Source: Rhynchopus sp. YZ270_cl-10
Lineage: Eukaryota
NCBI GenBank assembly: GCA_964035575.1
Contig: OZ037847.1
Span: forward strand, 744,001 to 808,000
Length of the DNA: 64,000 bases
Direction of reading: 5' to 3'
Shown: positions 30,801-41,567 of the stretch, piece after piece
Layout: each line of letters opens with the position of its first letter
Position numbering within the stretch: position 1 is the first letter of the stretch
Notes under the pieces: model-generated
Told to the model about the DNA's origin: nothing
Databases searched by the model: none
The model's input: the letters and a program-made list of their open reading frames with translations, nothing else
Position numbers and translations under genes: made by a program

Positions 30801-31402
30801 GTCACGTCGAGAGCATCGCCCACAGTGCCGGCGCCCCCGACAGAGGAGGTGTGTGTTACCAACAAAGTGTCGTCAACGATCTGCATGGTAGCTGTGGCAT
30901 CGAGCACGCCCATGAGCGAGGCACGCAGGAAGTGGCCCTCCACGCCGCTCTTCTCTTCGAAGCGTTTGATGGTGGCCATCTGGTGCCAGAGGAAGGAAGA
31001 CTGGTTGAAGAGCCAGGCTTCTGTCTTGTTCGCGGGGCCTTCTATTGTGGTCATGACAAGGTTGATACGTGCCGACTCGATCCTTGCACGTTGGAGGTAT
31101 TGGTACACAGCCGCCTCTGCCGCAGACGACGAATAGAAGAGCATGTCTGTCGTCGTGGCGGTGAGTGCATCTGTCGACGCGTTGAAGCACTGCCCGATGC
31201 TCTCGATGTTGCGGTCGCGTGTCCGTGACAGCGCATCGTCACACGATCGCTTCCCCAGAAGCGTGATACCCAGCCCAGTGATGAACACAATCACAAGACA
31301 CATCCCTGCAATAGCGCCCCTCACAGACATGATGGTCTCGACCAGCCAATCCGCCATCGTCGACCATCGCCCCATCCCCACTCTGTTCTTTAATCGCCCC
31401 AT
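27899..31402 (-). CDS. Receptor-type class III adenylate cyclase, paralogue 1
   Basis: Layout TM - extracellular domain - TM - HAMP-like linker - cyclase. Motifs IMFTDIQGSTELW, YEVKTIGDSFM, VRIGLHHG, DYRGSTVNEASRIE, followed by a second degenerate cyclase-like domain. Confidence 0.93.
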   Translation of the reverse strand: MGRLKNRVGMGRWSTMADWLVETIMSVRGAIAGMCLVIVFITGLGITLLGKRSCDDALSRTRDRNIESIGQCFNASTDALTATTTDMLFYSSSAAEAAVYQYLQRARIESARINLVMTTIEGPANKTEAWLFNQSSFLWHQMATIKRFEEKSGVEGHFLRASLMGVLDATATMQIVDDTLLVTHTSSVGGAGTVGDALDVTGAMNGSVSRHINGSVSYELARGDHGESVWGMDQIRWGSIETLGGFTGATMISRLSDPALSVDSVYTMTFLSLENIRTFLTDLQVQTQNRTGADTRIFTTIASCWMVKEMERLGYPEELIRPNRQENLLTSVSKGTGQYSNDDPNMPGPDGAIQTEFLRDTEADDAVIRGIAAAVHNFTYNGLQGYEAINQHTNTSSAELHILRSRIEGSGTSVDSVFRELSGGQILESYFVTVRRIVDVPQRLDWWLTVTLNKQHVLASIQADEVEVRESTVLHTEDVSNEIDDKRMQSQIFIVSFAVFLILMSVLATHFVLRPIDAIQNEMANVAKMNLTDTVSNVKATSPFHEVRAMQANFLKMAAKLGEIRPYLPGAVLGSDTSLKSDSLSGSAPQGEVSIMFTDIQGSTELWKRSAQDMNAAIEQHNAIIRAVYREYDGYEVKTIGDSFMLSFQDTISAVNAALEIQHRFKQAKWPERLRLPAAGLVVRIGLHHGSTIAEENPITGRVDYRGSTVNEASRIEAKALGGTICISRNVMWVIKAAKNRGVIPHHPVLCPLGKIELRGLGETEVFLITPDYLKKRYTEVSSDCTVIELPVEREMSVVKDVLSDGDGSSHSDNAVLIGTALKRTELFLIKTRGTVVMCKLSSKVYDDFNLIVRCAAEAAISFDGQIAAVVASEVLITFNASKRCRQHVTSALRLAEYLETRTQSIMRLGIATGDFLHGNVGTSKQRYTTSLGTPLIVAEAAAEYAEEAGFYALFADATRESNALADPDTQNMCECLFLCDVWYYSKMNRKISLWHLSTQKFVSLLNRWVRGGEGYTYMGGTMSGFLTHVQQDESDAEVAAVDLFLRSMTQNVTQEALQVNIAELHAMKDDCALALHHATILSKASIETLRGGYRVEVSLSRAPTRSTRSEEDVRSSHTSRPQESFLQSFGISAEEAVHQRRERHHINTSRGVERESERIPGYVVEY

Positions 31403-32630
31403 TCGTCTTTTTTTGAAACAGTTAAATTCGGTTCATCAAAAGGACAACTGCTACGCCCAGGACATGATATTGTTGTATTTTTTGGTGCTTAAAATGGATT
31501 TCCTGTCGGGGAGGTGTGTGGACCATGTCATCACACTTGCAGGGAAAGTTACGCACCCTCGTAACACACCCAGGGCTTCAGTGTAGTATCCCAACACACG
31601 GATGAAGGGACACACGAATCAGTTCACAGGATTCTGCAAGGGCAGAGGTGTGCATCCCCATTGCCAGAAAGCACCTAGCTCAATAGAAGGTGTGCTTCAC
31701 CTCTTGCGAAGAGTGCAGTGCAGCAAGCAACGACCCAGCACCTTCTCTGACAACAACAGTGCCGAGCAGCTGACACAGCTACAACGGCCGCTGCCATCAT
31801 CAGCGAGAAGATAAGGGCCTCCCACCCTACCCCTACCAATGACACCCGAAAGCAATATCGCATCCTGCCGATGAATGCATGCACCCCACAGCACACCCCA
31901 CCGCTGCGTCTGTGACAATCAACCTCTCGCCTCTCAACCGAGGTAGGTTGGCTCCCGTGTCGCTACCCATCCCCACCCATACCCCTACCCCTACCCCTAT
32001 CCCCACTGGCGGTGAATACATGCACATCCCACAAACACTAATCAACCAACTGTCACCACCACTCAAACCGGTGATTCAGTCTTGGATGTGCAACAGGAAA
32101 CACAGAAGGGCGAAGTCGGTTACAAATGCAACCGCCCGCAAACAGGCCATCAACGAACACATCGCAAATGGTGCTCGTGAACAGAATGCATTGATAGCAA
32201 GGTGTTCCACACCCAACACACCTTCACGCAAAGCAATGCACAATTCCCATATAACCACCTGGGTCAGCATCCACACCCTTTGTTGAAGGGGTGCGAACAC
32301 CGCAACCGTCACAGATGCCCCACCCTGCCTACCCTTCCGCCCCTTTCCACCGCTGTCACGTCCAACACTCATGTCTACAGGTGTCAACACACACCATTCC
32401 TCTTCACCCCCTACATACTCAGTGCGAAACTCAACCCACCCCAACCCCACCCTAGAGCATGGAAAACCATCTGGGTTCGTCTGCCTGCAGCACTGCAGTC
32501 TTCTGCACGTAGGTTGATTAGCAAAGGCAAATACGAAAGACAGTGAACCCAACCCCCTCTGTGGCATCCCTCTGTCCTCACCCCATCTGCCCAGCTTCTA
32601 GAAGAACCAACCCAGAAGCCCTATCGCACC

Positions 32631-32895
32631 CCCCTCCCCTCCCCTCCCCTCCCCTCCCCTCCCCTCCCCTCCCCTCCCCTCCCCTCCCCTCCCCTCCCCT
32701 CCCCTCCCCTCCCCTCCCCTCCCCTCCCCTCCCCTCCCCTCCCCTCCCCTCCCCTCCCCTCCCCTCCCCTCCCCTCCCCTCCCCTCCCCTCCCCTCCCCT
32801 CCCCTCCCCTCCCCTCCCCTCCCCTCCCCTCCCCTCCCCTCCCCTCCCCTCCCCTCCCCTCCCCTCCCCTCCCCTCCCCTCCCCTCCCCTCCCCT
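32631..32895. repeat. Microsatellite (CCCCT)n, ~53 copies
   Basis: Read directly from sequence; the minus strand is (AGGGG)n. Confidence 0.97.
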
Positions 32896-33422
32896 TCCCC
32901 TCCACACCCTTTTGCTCATTCTCACTGCGACCACCTGCGTCTCTGCCAGACATCACACTAAGACCCAAACCCCAACCTCCCCACCACCTCCTACAGGGTA
33001 TAGCTTGCACTGTACCCCGTGCATCGGTGTAGGCTGTGTGCAACTCAGACACATCTCAGGTTAATGTGCCTTGTAAAGAGCAACACACATTAGAGTAGAA
33101 ACACCTCCTGTCGCACGAGACCGCTAGAAGGGGGCCATTTGCAAGGGTATTCGAAGGGAAGCAGGGTCAACGGTGCGCAGTTATTCAAAACCGGAGGGGA
33201 GGAACTACAAAATGAAACGGCAGTACGCAAACGCCATGAAGCGCTGCAATGTGTGTGGAACAGATAGAACGACCTTTGGAGTGACAAAAGGCATGATGAA
33301 GTTCAGGAAACCCTTCGGTATCGGTTCGCATCTGCACCAGAGAAAGAAACACCTTACCCCCCCCCCCCCCCCCCCCCCCCCCCCTAGGGTCAGCGACTCC
33401 ACCGTTTTATAGCCGGGAGCAA

Positions 33423-34559
33423 TTCTCACTAAAATTCCTCACGGTATTTCTGGCCATTTCCAGGCCACCTCTGGTCGGAAACCCCCCCAGAAATGGGTCA
33501 GAACCACCCTGTGACCCGAAAATTCATGATTAGGGCGACCCAGATTATGATAAAATGCAAAAAAATAGTGAAAAAGTGGCTTTTTGACGGTTTTGGCCAT
33601 GTTGGGCAAAATGGCCATTTTTGGTGAAAAAAGTCAAAAAAACAGCAAAATTTCGACATCATGACAGCTGCTTGGGCACAAAACTACCCCAGGGAGGTCC
33701 TGTGAGTCCATTCCGACCTGTTTTGGGCACTTTGGGTACTTTTTTTGGCCGTTTTTTGGTGTTTTTATGGTAAAAAACGTCCTATGATAGTCCTATACTA
33801 ATCGCAAGACGCCGTTTGTCCCACAGTCTGGACCAATATGGGGGCCCACAAATGGGTGAAAACCCCCGAAAAAGCACTCCGGGAACCCAGATAGTGCCAA
33901 ATATCCACCAGACACCCACCCAAACACCGCAAAAACACCACAGAAAATCGTCTTAAAAAACACACTTTTTTCAAAAAGGTTGTCAGACAGGCTCCATAAT
34001 GACCTTTTTGAAAAAAGTGTGTTTTTCAAGACGATTTTCTGTGGTGTTTTTGGGGTGTTTGGGTGGGTGTCTGGTGGATATTTGGCACTATCTGGGTTCC
34101 CGGAGTGCTTTTTCGGGGGTTTTCACCCATTTGTGGGCCCCCATATTGGTCCAGACTGTGGGACAAACGGCGTCTTGCGATTAGTATAGGACTATCATAG
34201 GACGTTTTTTACCATAAAAACACCAAAAAACGGCCAAAAAAAGTACCCAAAGTGCCCAAAACAGGTCGGAATGGACTCACAGGACCTCCCTGGGGTAGTT
34301 TTGTGCCCAAGCAGCTGTCATGATGTCGAAATTTTGCTGTTTTTTTGACTTTTTTCACCAAAAATGGCCATTTTGCCCAACATGGCCAAAACCGTCAAAA
34401 AGCCACTTTTTCACTATTTTTTTGCATTTTATCATAATCTGGGTCGCCCTAATCATGAATTTTCGGGTCACAGGGTGGTTCTGACCCATTTCTGGGGGGG
34501 TTTCCGACCAGAGGTGGCCTGGAAATGGCCAGAAATACCGTGAGGAATTTTAGTGAGAA
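33423..34559. repeat. Near-perfect palindrome: 558-bp arms, 21-bp spacer
   Basis: 33423-33980 is the reverse complement of 34002-34559; two mismatches were spotted by eye. Confidence 0.95.
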
Positions 34560-36132
34560 AATTTTATACGCACCGTGCGCTGGTCAGAGGTCTGACCAGG
34601 TAATACCTGGTCAGATTTATGACCAGGTACACCTGGTCAGATCTGACCAGGTACACCTGGTCAGATGACCAGGTACCTGGTCACATTTACCCAGGTAAGT
34701 ACCCAGGCGCCCAGGTGACCAGGTACCCAGGTACCCAGGTCCAGGTCCAGGAACAGGTACCCAGGAACAAGAAAAAAGTCGTGAAAGAGCAACCACAGCT
34801 CCACATGACAAACACAAAAGTGTCCAGTCACGTGGGGCATTCATGCACTGAGGAGATAATGATCCAACAATTTACAAGAAAGATTACTTAACCTACTGCT
34901 GGAAATTGCCAGGTCGTAGTAACACACAAAGTGTGCCTCCGTTCGGGAAGACCGGATATTCTAGAGACCAAAAAGGCCTCAAGAATATCTTCCGGTAGTC
35001 AAGGTAGAACCGAGTGAACGGCCCAAGACCCCCGTGGAGAAGTTAAATGTTGTAATGCTATCAGGTAGAAACTGCGAACACTGTCTTACCCTCCTCAATG
35101 CATGGTGGTTGATGTCTTCCACAACAAATTTCCTGTACCCAGGTACCCAGGTTCCCAGACCCACGCAGTACCACGTCGCAGTACTACGCAAAATTTACCA
35201 CCAGACCCTGTCTTCGTGCACCTGAAGTACAACGCCGCAGACAGGCCAAACATGCGTTGGACTCAGAGGAATGCCCGCTGTGCAGGTATCATGAGAACCA
35301 ACTCCCAGCAACAAGGGGCGCCTTTTGGCGGGCGTTGTTGAGGGTGTTTGGGGTGCAAAGTTTTCCACAATTTTGATGCGCGGGTACAGAAGTGTTGTCT
35401 TGTTCTTTCATCTCTAGGAATGTAAATGTCAATCGCGTTTAACTACCACGAGGGCTTGTTCAGTGAACCCACAAGGGGTCGAAGGGGGTTGGTTATCCCA
35501 TATCTATCAAAGGTTGTGTCGACCAGGCTAAACCACTATGTTACGCTGTACGTTGTTAAATCCGAAGAAATAACACTTTAGCAGCCGCAGGAAGTTTGCT
35601 AAAAAGAGTGCCTCACGCTACACAAACCACCACCCGCGATTGACTTAGATGTTATAACAAAGAGAATTCAGAACAAAACAACACCCTGCCCCATACACAC
35701 TAAATTGTCATGCTTCAAGAGCATGCCTGGGCCAAAATTACTGTTGACAAAAAAGGCAACAAGACCACCCACAAGGAGTGTGAAATGTGCACTGGTTTTC
35801 TGGGGGAACGCAATATTTTCTTGTGTCTAGTCCTCCGCAAGCAGAGGACAGACTTTCCGGAAGGTTTCCAAAGGTCGAATTTCTTGCACTAGCTATGCTC
35901 CCTGGGTTAAATGGCAATAGCAGTGACTGACAAAATATTCCCACCCCCCAGGTCTTCGTCCACAAACCCAGAATAGATTGATGTGGGTGAAGCCTTTCGG
36001 ATTTTTGAGTTGTTGATAGAATGTCGAAGAGCGGCGAAACTTCTCATCGCAATCACGGATGCAGTTCAGATTTCACGATCCTGTGATGAGTGTAAATGTG
36101 GGGTGTGATTAAGTTATGGTGTATAAACGCAG

Positions 36133-36324
36133 TACTGTAAAATCGTTTAATTTGTCACCTACAATTCTTCCGTCCCTAATACAGAAAGTATCACTCAAGG
36201 CTGTACTTTAAAAAGTAGACACAAAAAATCGCCCGACGTAATGTGAGGGGGTGACAAAATTCATTTATGACTGATATTTCAACTCGGTTAATTAGGGTGT
36301 GACAAATTAAACGATTTTCCAGTA
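36133..36324. mobile_element. TA-flanked MITE nested in the TIR element
   Basis: tactgtaaaatcgtttaatttgtcac / gtgacaaattaaacgattttccagta. Confidence 0.7.
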
Positions 36325-37632
36325 TTAAAGATGAGGTTAATGAAGAAAGTGGTAATAACTATGCATTGCCGTGAAATAAGGTAGCCTTTTTTTCACGCCA
36401 CAGCGGATTTCCTGCTGCACTAATGGTTCCCAAGCGAAGCGAGGGGACCATGTATAAGTATTTACCGAGCGAAGCGAGGTGAATATTATGTGCAGCAGGT
36501 AACGAGCACGCCTGCAGAAGTTAAAAAACGGCTGCCTCATGACAAGCAATATGTAAGTTTATTCCGATTACACAAAGTAGGGGTAGTCTGCAAGCACCAG
36601 CCAAAAAAGAGTGAGATCGGTGATCAGGGAAAACAAACACCACCACACAACAACTTGACAACCACTAAAGGAATGAATCTACACTAGTGCCTGACAGTTA
36701 AACATATTTACATACCTTGTCTTCATCGTAACCTGCGCCTTCGCTGCTGTCAAGGTGCCTTCTCTGGGTACAGTGCCCAGTGTCCAGTACAGAAAAAAAA
36801 ATTCGTCTAAAAAATCGAGTACGCAAAACCACATTTTAGACATTTTAGACCCCTACAGAGGCTCAAAAGTGCCAAATTTTGCTTTTATGGCCTCAAATCG
36901 TAAAAATTAGCTACTACAGTACACGGGGTATGACCGTATTTTGGCTGAAATTTTGACTTGAAAATTTTTTTCAACATTTGCCCAATCTGAGGTTTTCTTT
37001 GGATTTTTTGGGCCATTTTATGACCTACCACGGCCAGTTTTGGGCAAAAAAGTTATTTTTTCTTTGGTCAAAAATCGCCTTGTCTAACCACTGTTTCGTG
37101 TAGGATTGTTCAAATACGTGTATTTGGTGAAACCCCAGATGGTCAAAACACCCGAATTTTGCGTTTTTTTGCATTTTTCGGTGCCCCAAGACCCAACCCA
37201 GAGGCCAAATTTTTCCCGAAAAAAAAAATTTTTTTTTTGAGATTTTTCGATTTTTTGCTAAGGTGATGCCCATACAAAATGTACAGGGTGCACACAAATA
37301 GCCGTGGAATAAATTCTAGATGCTCTAAACTGCTCGTAAGTGCCTTTATTTGCACTTTTAGCCCAGTTTTGAGGTCATATGGACCCACCAAGGGCATTTT
37401 TGTGTTGTCAAAAAAAAAAAAAAACCCTGGTCACAGTGGCCAAATACCTGGTCACTGACCAGGTATACCTGGTCAATACCTGGTCATTGACCAGGTATAC
37501 CTGGTCATGACCAGGTGTACCTGGTCAATCTGACCAGGTCAAAACCTGGTCATATTACCTGGTCAACTGACCAGGTATCCTCTGACCAGCGCACGGTGCG
37601 GGAGTCGCTGACCCTACCCCCCCCCCCCCCCC

Positions 37633-37781
37633 TAGGGGATGGCACAAGCCTATAAAACTGTGTAGAAATTTTTGTTTTTCTGAATATTCGTCAGAAGGTG
37701 CAAAAACCACGAAAAAACACACCAAACCACCCCAGAACCCTCCGGAAATGTGTTTTTGTGCCGGAGTTTGACAATTTATGC

Positions 37782-37825
<44 letters not shown>

Positions 37826-39804
37826 TTTTCTGTGTGTTTGTTTTCTTGTTGTAGTCTTTTTTGGTGAAGGGGCTTGGCCGACGACACTGAGAACCTCTTT
37901 GGTTCATAGCTGTTAACGACGTCTGGTCCTACCTAGCTGTACACTCTAATTCTAAAAATAAAATAAAATAAAACCAATAGGCAAAGGGGGAGGGGGGAGG
38001 CTAAAAGCCAAACAAAAGTAAAGAATGAAAAAGAAAAACTCAAGTGCTCTGGGACGGCCGCGAGTTCCTGCTCCGCTTTAGGCCCCGCAGACGGTTGTAG
38101 AGGGTGTAAGCCTCTTCCACCTCGTCGGAGCTCATCGACGGCTTCTTCGCTTCTTTCCACAGGTAGAGGCAGGTGAGGGCGTCATCCACCGACTGCCAAT
38201 CCCCTCCCGCTGCCAGCGACTGGTGCTGAAGCGTGTTCGGGTAGAACGTGTCCTTCCACGCCTCGGCGGTCGCTGGACACCCCATGTTGTTGAATCCTGG
38301 GCAGGGCGCCATACCGGCATAGAACGGCACGTTGGTCGGGAGGGCTGTAGGTGCGGGTTGAGAGCCACTCTCCGATTGCGTGTACGTGCTGGGGGCCGAA
38401 GTGGCGTCAGACATGGGGACTGCGAGTTCTGATTCGTCGATGAGGTCCATAGAGAACTCGCTGCCCTGCGATGCGGCGGGCGGCTGCTCTCTCGGGTGGA
38501 CGGAAGAGGGAACTGCCTCAGAGGAAGAAGATACGGGGAGGGCTGAGTGGGTGTTTGAGAAGCCACTCTCCGTACCGGTCTGAGGTTGTGTTGCCCCGTC
38601 CGAACCAGGGTGTGTCTGCGCAGAGGCGCCGGGACGGGCAACTGCTTGTGCGACAGGGGGCACCGAGGACGCGACCGGAGTAGGGAGGGCTGAATGTGTG
38701 GTGGAGTAGCCGCTCTCTTGTCCCTGGACGTCTGATGATTGACTTTTTTTGGCTTTTTTTGGCTTTTTTTGGCTTTTTTTGGCTTTTTTATTTTGGGACC
38801 CACATCTTGTACCTGGAGGGACCCACAAGTGGTACTATTTATGATGCATCATGGCAAGGCAACAGGGTCCAAGTCGCGGTATGTATCTTCAAGCAACCGT
38901 AGGCAGATGGCAGGGGCCGTGAGGCCTTCGGAGTCGATTCCTGGTGTTTTTGCAAGCTTTAGAAGCGCCGGTTTCAATTTTTTTTGGAACTTGGTGCGAA
39001 GCTAGGCTTTCTTGTTCTTGTCGTAGATTACAGCGTCTTCTTATTTGGCTGTCTGTGCGGGGCTGAAGCAAAGTCTCTTTCTGCAATTGTCAGTCTCTTC
39101 TTCTGTTGTGACGGCACCTCGCATCTCACAAAGTGTACGTTTCCCCATCTTGTGCTGAGCAAGTGACACAACGGTGGAAGGGCGTGAAGGGGGTGTTCTT
39201 GATATCAACCAACCTCTACTACCTGCTGTGCCCACCTGCCTTCACCCTCTTCTGGGGGTAACCGCCAGCATTAAGGGCGCGGAGAAAAGCGCCGTCCTTG
39301 ACTTTCGGAAGCCTACCCTTCGCCTTCTTGTAGGCTTCCAGAACCTCCCCGGTGAGTCCACAGACTCGACTTTCCGGCTTAGAACAAACTCCTGTACTGC
39401 ATCTGATGTAACTACAGCGTTTGTCTTTGCTCTCCCTATTACTTTTTCCAAGGATTATTTTAAAATTAAATGATTGATTGATTGTGATTGCCTTCCATTA
39501 GTGTGGTGTGGGAGAAGGAACGCAGTGAAGAGGACAGGTTTGTGTGGGAGGTATATTATTTTCTTTCGATGGAGCCACTTGGCGATAAATAGTACCAATT
39601 GTGGGTCCCTCCAGGTACAAGATGTGGGTCCCAAAATGGAAAATCCCAAAAAAGCCAAAAAAAAGTGCATAAATTGTCAAATTCCGGCACAAAAACACAT
39701 TTCCGGAGGGTTCTGGGGTGGTTTGGTGTGTTTTTTCGTGGTTTTTGCACCTTCTGACGAATATTCAGAAAAACAAAAATTTCTACCCCTTGTGACCCCC
39801 CCTA
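37633..39804. mobile_element. Second non-autonomous TIR element with long TIRs
   Basis: 37662-~37790 is the reverse complement of ~39657-39786, and the match continues as ~38745-38842 vs ~39586-39660. Outermost ends TAGGGG / CCCCTA are imperfect. Confidence 0.8.
37783..38750 (-). mobile_element. Poly(A)-tailed, 5'-truncated retroposed insertion carrying an open reading frame end
   Basis: Poly-T at ~37783-37819 on +, a frame open from the insert edge to a stop at 38040, and a T-run on both sides. It splits the left TIR of the host element. Confidence 0.7.
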
Positions 39805-40038
39805 ACCCCCCCCCCCCCCCCACCCCAGAGAGATTGGGACTGAGATTGTTTAAAAAGGCAACCCTCCCCCTACACGTTCTTGTTGTGGGCTTCAAGTGCT
39901 ATGATAATAACAAAAAGGGGGGTATTTACAGGACTATAATATACAACTCAATCTGAGGTGCAAGGAAATATGACGAAAGGAAAGGAGGGTAAAAAAAAAG
40001 GATTTGAACTAAGGGATTTTGAGGAGTTAATAACTATT

Positions 40039-40204
40039 TATTCACCTCCTTTTAGCGGGGTTTTATTTTGCGATAACTTCACGCATTTTTTTCCCAGGCG
40101 AGGGCTACTTAATTTGCCGAGCGAAGCGAGGCAAATTGAGTGCACGAGCCTGGGAAAAAAATAAGTGAAGTATCGCAAAATAATCCGCTAAAAGGAGGTG
40201 AATA
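40039..40204. repeat. Imperfect foldback centred on GCCGAGCGAAGCGAGGC
   Basis: tattcacctccttttagcgg ... ccgctaaaaggaggtgaata. Confidence 0.8.
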
Positions 40205-40220
40205 CGTAATTTTATTTCAC

Positions 40221-40572
40221 GGGAAATAAAGTATACGAAAGGATTTGGCACTTTTAGCGTGACTTATTTATTGTGCAATAACTAACGAGTATGTGTCCTC
40301 ACAGGAAGCTCTCAGGGAAAAAAAAAAAAAAGAGCGTGAAAAAAAAAAAAAAAAAAAAGCTCTCATTACCCTCCCGCCAGCGCTACCGGGTCCCGCGGAC
40401 CCCTAGATAGGCCCGCTGAGGGGCTGGCGGGATTGAGGAGGCTGGAGGGAGGCTAAAAAAGGCTGGACGGTCCCTCCAGCCCTACTACCTACATGTACCA
40501 AAATTTAGCGTGAAATTATCATTAAATAAAATCCCGCTAAAAGTGCCAAATCCTTCGTATACTTTATTTCCC
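40221..40572. mobile_element. MITE-like element
   Basis: ~38-bp inverted repeats gggaaataaagtatacgaaaggatttggcacttttagcg / cgctaaaagtgccaaatccttcgtatactttatttccc. Confidence 0.7.
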
Positions 40573-41250
40573 AGGGGAATAAAAAAAAGGAAAGGAGCTG
40601 GGGGGGGGGTGGTGGTTTTGCTGAAGGATGAAAAGTTTTGTTCGATTTTAGACTGCTATCTCTTAGCTATAGCAGCCACGATTTTTTTTTTTTTTCCCTT
40701 TCCAGGATCCTTAAAAGTGCAAATGGAAGGAGTATGCTTTGGAGGGATGAACGACGAAAAGATTCACAGAAATAAATGAGAGTCCCACAAGGAAGTGACT
40801 TAAACCCCAAGGTCGCTATGGTGAATAGATGGTGCTGTATATCACCAAAGGAGCAATGAAGTAGCCAAGGATGGTTACCTTTTTTTTTGTGATGGAATAC
40901 ATAGCCTCCACCTTCAAAAGAAAACAGCTGAAGGATCTATGTCATCCCGTCAAAGGGAGCTGAAATTATCTACAGTGGGGGGGTTTTTGAATTTGTGATA
41001 AGTACAATGAAAGCACTTTGAAAACCAAACACGGAGTGTCTGGAGACAAAACTACGTCACATACCTTTGATCACAATCGTTTTTTTTTTCCGTTACATTA
41101 AGAAAAAGTTGGTAAAGATAAACCAAAGTCTCTTGTACGTAGTAACTTCTAAAAATTATACACACTGTTGGGGGAAAAAGGAGGAGGAGGAGGAGGAAGG
41201 AATGCCATGATATATCAACTGACATCAATCCTCGTGCTTAGTCACCTTTA

Positions 41251-41567
41251 CTGGGGGGGGGCGAATACAAGACCCCGCCGAATAGAAGACCCCCTTTTTT
41301 TTGGCCGTTTTCATAAAATATATTTTAGAATAGAAGACCCTAGTGGGCTTGCGTGTAGCATACAAGACCCTAGTAGGGTCTTGTATTTAGCATACTGTAA
41401 CAAAATTAATTTTTTACGCTATGCTAAATCCTAAAAGGGTCTTGTATTCAACGGACCATAAAATATTTATCGAATAATTTTATGTTTGAAAACCCCCTAA
41501 AAAAAGCGCTGACATGGTGAATACAAGGGGGGGGTCTTCTATTCGCCCCCCCCCCCCCCCCCCCCAG
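41251..41567. mobile_element. TA-flanked MITE
   Basis: TA|ctg(G)ncgaatacaagacccc ... ggggtcttctattcg(C)nag|TA, with internal aatagaagaccc repeats. Confidence 0.75.

Larger units (their letters stand above)
33385..37616. mobile_element. Non-autonomous TIR DNA element (hAT-like ends) with nested insertions
   Basis: Ends tagggtcagcgactcc / ggagtcgctgacccta are exact reverse complements. Mirrored subterminal GACCAGGT/ACCTGGTC arrays at ~34580-34760 and ~37425-37590. Poly-C on both flanks; no transposase recognised. Confidence 0.75.

Noticed and set aside
34770..36100. Transposase or RT remnant inside the TIR element
   Set aside because: Only short ORFs; no DDE or RT motif could be supported.
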